Shown: one piece after another, positions 48,780-51,164 of the stretch | How the letters are laid out: each line of letters opens with the position of its first letter | Position numbering within the stretch: the stretch's first letter is position 1 | DNA from: Girardia tigrina | Taxonomy: Eukaryota | DNA: 51,164 nucleotides | NCBI GenBank assembly: GCA_001938485.1 | Contig: MQRK01206504.1 | Coordinates: 1-51,164 of the forward strand | Direction of reading: 5' to 3' | Notes under the pieces: model-generated | The model's database searches: none | Seen by the model: the letters and a program-made list of their open reading frames with translations, nothing else | What the model was told of the DNA's origin: nothing | Made by a program: the position numbers and the translations under genes

Positions 48780-49920
48780 TTTTTCATTCACGCACTTCTT
48801 GTGGGCAAACCTTCCGACAAATCTGAGCACATCCTTCCCACCAGACCTCACTAATACAACTCTGGATCGTCCATCTTCCCCCTGTATACAGCTACAACAC
48901 TAGCCTTAGAATCCATCTGCACTATTCTATTCCATCTTCCATTTGCCACATGATTTCTCCGACAACAATTTCTGGGCCTTTTTTCATCTACTTGTTGCAC
49001 CTTCTCCTATTCGGATGACTTCATCTTCTGCAATGACTTTATCCAAAGTATTAATTGTTCCAATGATTTCCAATTCCTTCAGATTTTTATGATCTTCATC
49101 TTGAGCTACTTTAACATTCTTCGAGAAATCTGGAAAACTTAAATTTTCATCCAACACAAACGCGATAAGAATTTTTTCCCCAATTGCATAATCAGAGTTC
49201 ATTTCTTCGTTTAGTTGAGAACTATATTTGAAAGTTTGAGAATCAATATCAACCAAATTCTCCCTCAATGCATCCTTGAATTTAATAATTTCGGTTCTTC
49301 TTCTGTCCTCACGTTATCATTCATTGTAAGATTTTCCGATTTCGATTCACATTGAATAACGTCGCCACTGTCCACGATCTCAATCAAATTCTCGACTTCC
49401 AAACCGAAGAAAACTTCAAAACAATTATTCAAAGTGTCGTCTGTCGTTAATTCTTTCGTCTCATCAATTAAACATTCAACATTTGCTATTTTTTCTTTCA
49501 AAACATCTCTTTTGTATTTCATCTTCTTTTATTTTACCTTTATCATCTAGTTTTACATTCATTTCATCAACAATATCGAATATGTTATTTTTTCCTTTCA
49601 ATTCATGTGTTAATGTATCTTCCAATTTTCTATATAATTTTCTTTTCATTTCTCCAGCATTAACACTTTCGCTCGCAGACTCCTTGGACACAGACAATCT
49701 CCGTTTATCGAATTTGACATCTGGTATTATATCTTTATCAATATTTTCAGACTCATTTCTTAAATGTCGATTAAAGAATTCTCTACATCTTTTTCTCAGT
49801 ACAACTTAGTGATGAGTCTCTCGAGTTTAAGATTATCGAATTTTGTTTTTCAATTACTTCTTCATTGTTATCATCATCAATAATTTTCATTGCATTTCTT
49901 AATTGTCTTGCTATATTTGT
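48780..49920 (-). pseudogene. Fragmented Glu/Lys-rich coiled-coil ORF, probably retroelement-derived
   Basis: Consecutive frameshifted acidic ORFs (49783-50034, 49476-49697, 49265-49522, 48984-49268); no diagnostic motif. Confidence 0.4.
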
Positions 49921-51164
49921 GGAAAGATCATTTGGCACCGTTTTTTTACAGTACTTTTTTGAAATTTTTTTTGAAAGAATTCCAAGAAAATATTTTTTAG
50001 GTAGAATTTTTTGAATTTTTTTAAAGAATTTCAAGAATATATATAAATATAATATTTTGACTCTGATTTTTTTTAAAATGAAAAATATAATATTAAAGTG
50101 TTAAAAAAGAATGTAAAGAGTATTAAAATTTATTAACTTAATGTATTTCATAATTGTATGCTAAACCGCATAGGTAATCCAATGGTTCTGTTTGAGAAAA
50201 TCGTTTAACAATATTTAAAATTTTTTCATCTGCTTTTATATATTTAAGACATTTATGTCTTTGGTCATTGCCAGAAACTAATCGTTAGTAATATAATCTC
50301 TGCTCCTTTGAATTTTTCTTAAACACTCAATAAATTTCCAGAAAATTGGATGAATTTTTCTGCCAATATAAATTTGGTTACCATAAACTAAAATATATTT
50401 CAAATCATTTATTATTAATCTAAACTTTTTTTTAAATAAAATATAAAAAAAATTCAACCCCTCACGTTACGTGACAAAAATTATCGGCTAAAAAATACGT
50501 TACTAAATATGGAGTCAAAACACGGCGCCAAAAAGGCCATTACCTGTATCCATGTGATTTAGAAACTTTTTTAAAGGCTTTTTACTCAATCAATTTTCTT
50601 CAAACTTTGCACACTTACTCATTTTTGATGACAATAAATAATTACGTGAAAATTTGATCGAAAAAACCTTTTTAAGATCCCAAAATGGGAAAACAACGGA
50701 AAATCCGGAGTTCCTGAACAATATTAATTATAAAATATCTACTTATAAATTATAAGTAATTTATATTAATTTTTAATTGTTTTTTAATTATCTTTTTAAT
50801 TAAAACTAAGGCTGTGAGAAGTGGTTGCAACCTCAATATCAGGATTCATTTTTTTAACACCAAAATTTATTTATATAACAATTCACATCTTTAAAACAAA
50901 TTTTCCTGTTAATTTAATTATCTCGACCCAAATTAATCTATTAAATTCTTTTTGATTTAATTTTTAAAATCCTGAAAATTTATTTCGAAAATTTATTTGA
51001 AAAATTATTTAAACTTTATTTTCAAAATTTATTTCAAAGTTTTTAAAATTGCTTATTAAAAATATTTTTATTTATAAATAAATATTTTATATTTTTGTTT
51101 TCTTGACATTTTTAATTTTAAGATATTTAATAGATACATTAAAAGATATTTTTTATTTTTAAAT

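Overview
Very AT-rich eukaryotic (metazoan) genomic DNA with ~50-nt GT-AG introns and four assembly gaps. The TE complement is compatible with a planarian-like flatworm, but that is inference only. Most of the window is decayed mobile DNA: several Gypsy LTR families (one with TG...TA termini), Penelope-like elements with minimal hammerhead ribozymes, an RTE LINE, Tc1, two mariners, a pogo-like MITE, Buster- and Ac-type hATs and a Helitron. Embedded among these are lineage-specific genes. The region ~3.5-18.5 kb is a set of concentric inverted repeats. Its outer arms each carry a two-exon gene, missed by the ORF track, for a small secreted cationic peptide precursor (signal peptide, RRRR site in one copy, NPY/NPF-like Tyr/Arg spacing). 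Its inner arms carry a head-to-head pair of orphan genes with a variable 8-aa repeat and a gene-converted 3' half. The window also has an intronless C2H2 zinc-finger gene with a duplicated ~100-aa module, a disrupted FHA/ZCWPW-type PWWP chimera and a 690-aa helical orphan ORF. All alignments and counts were done by eye; no searches were run.
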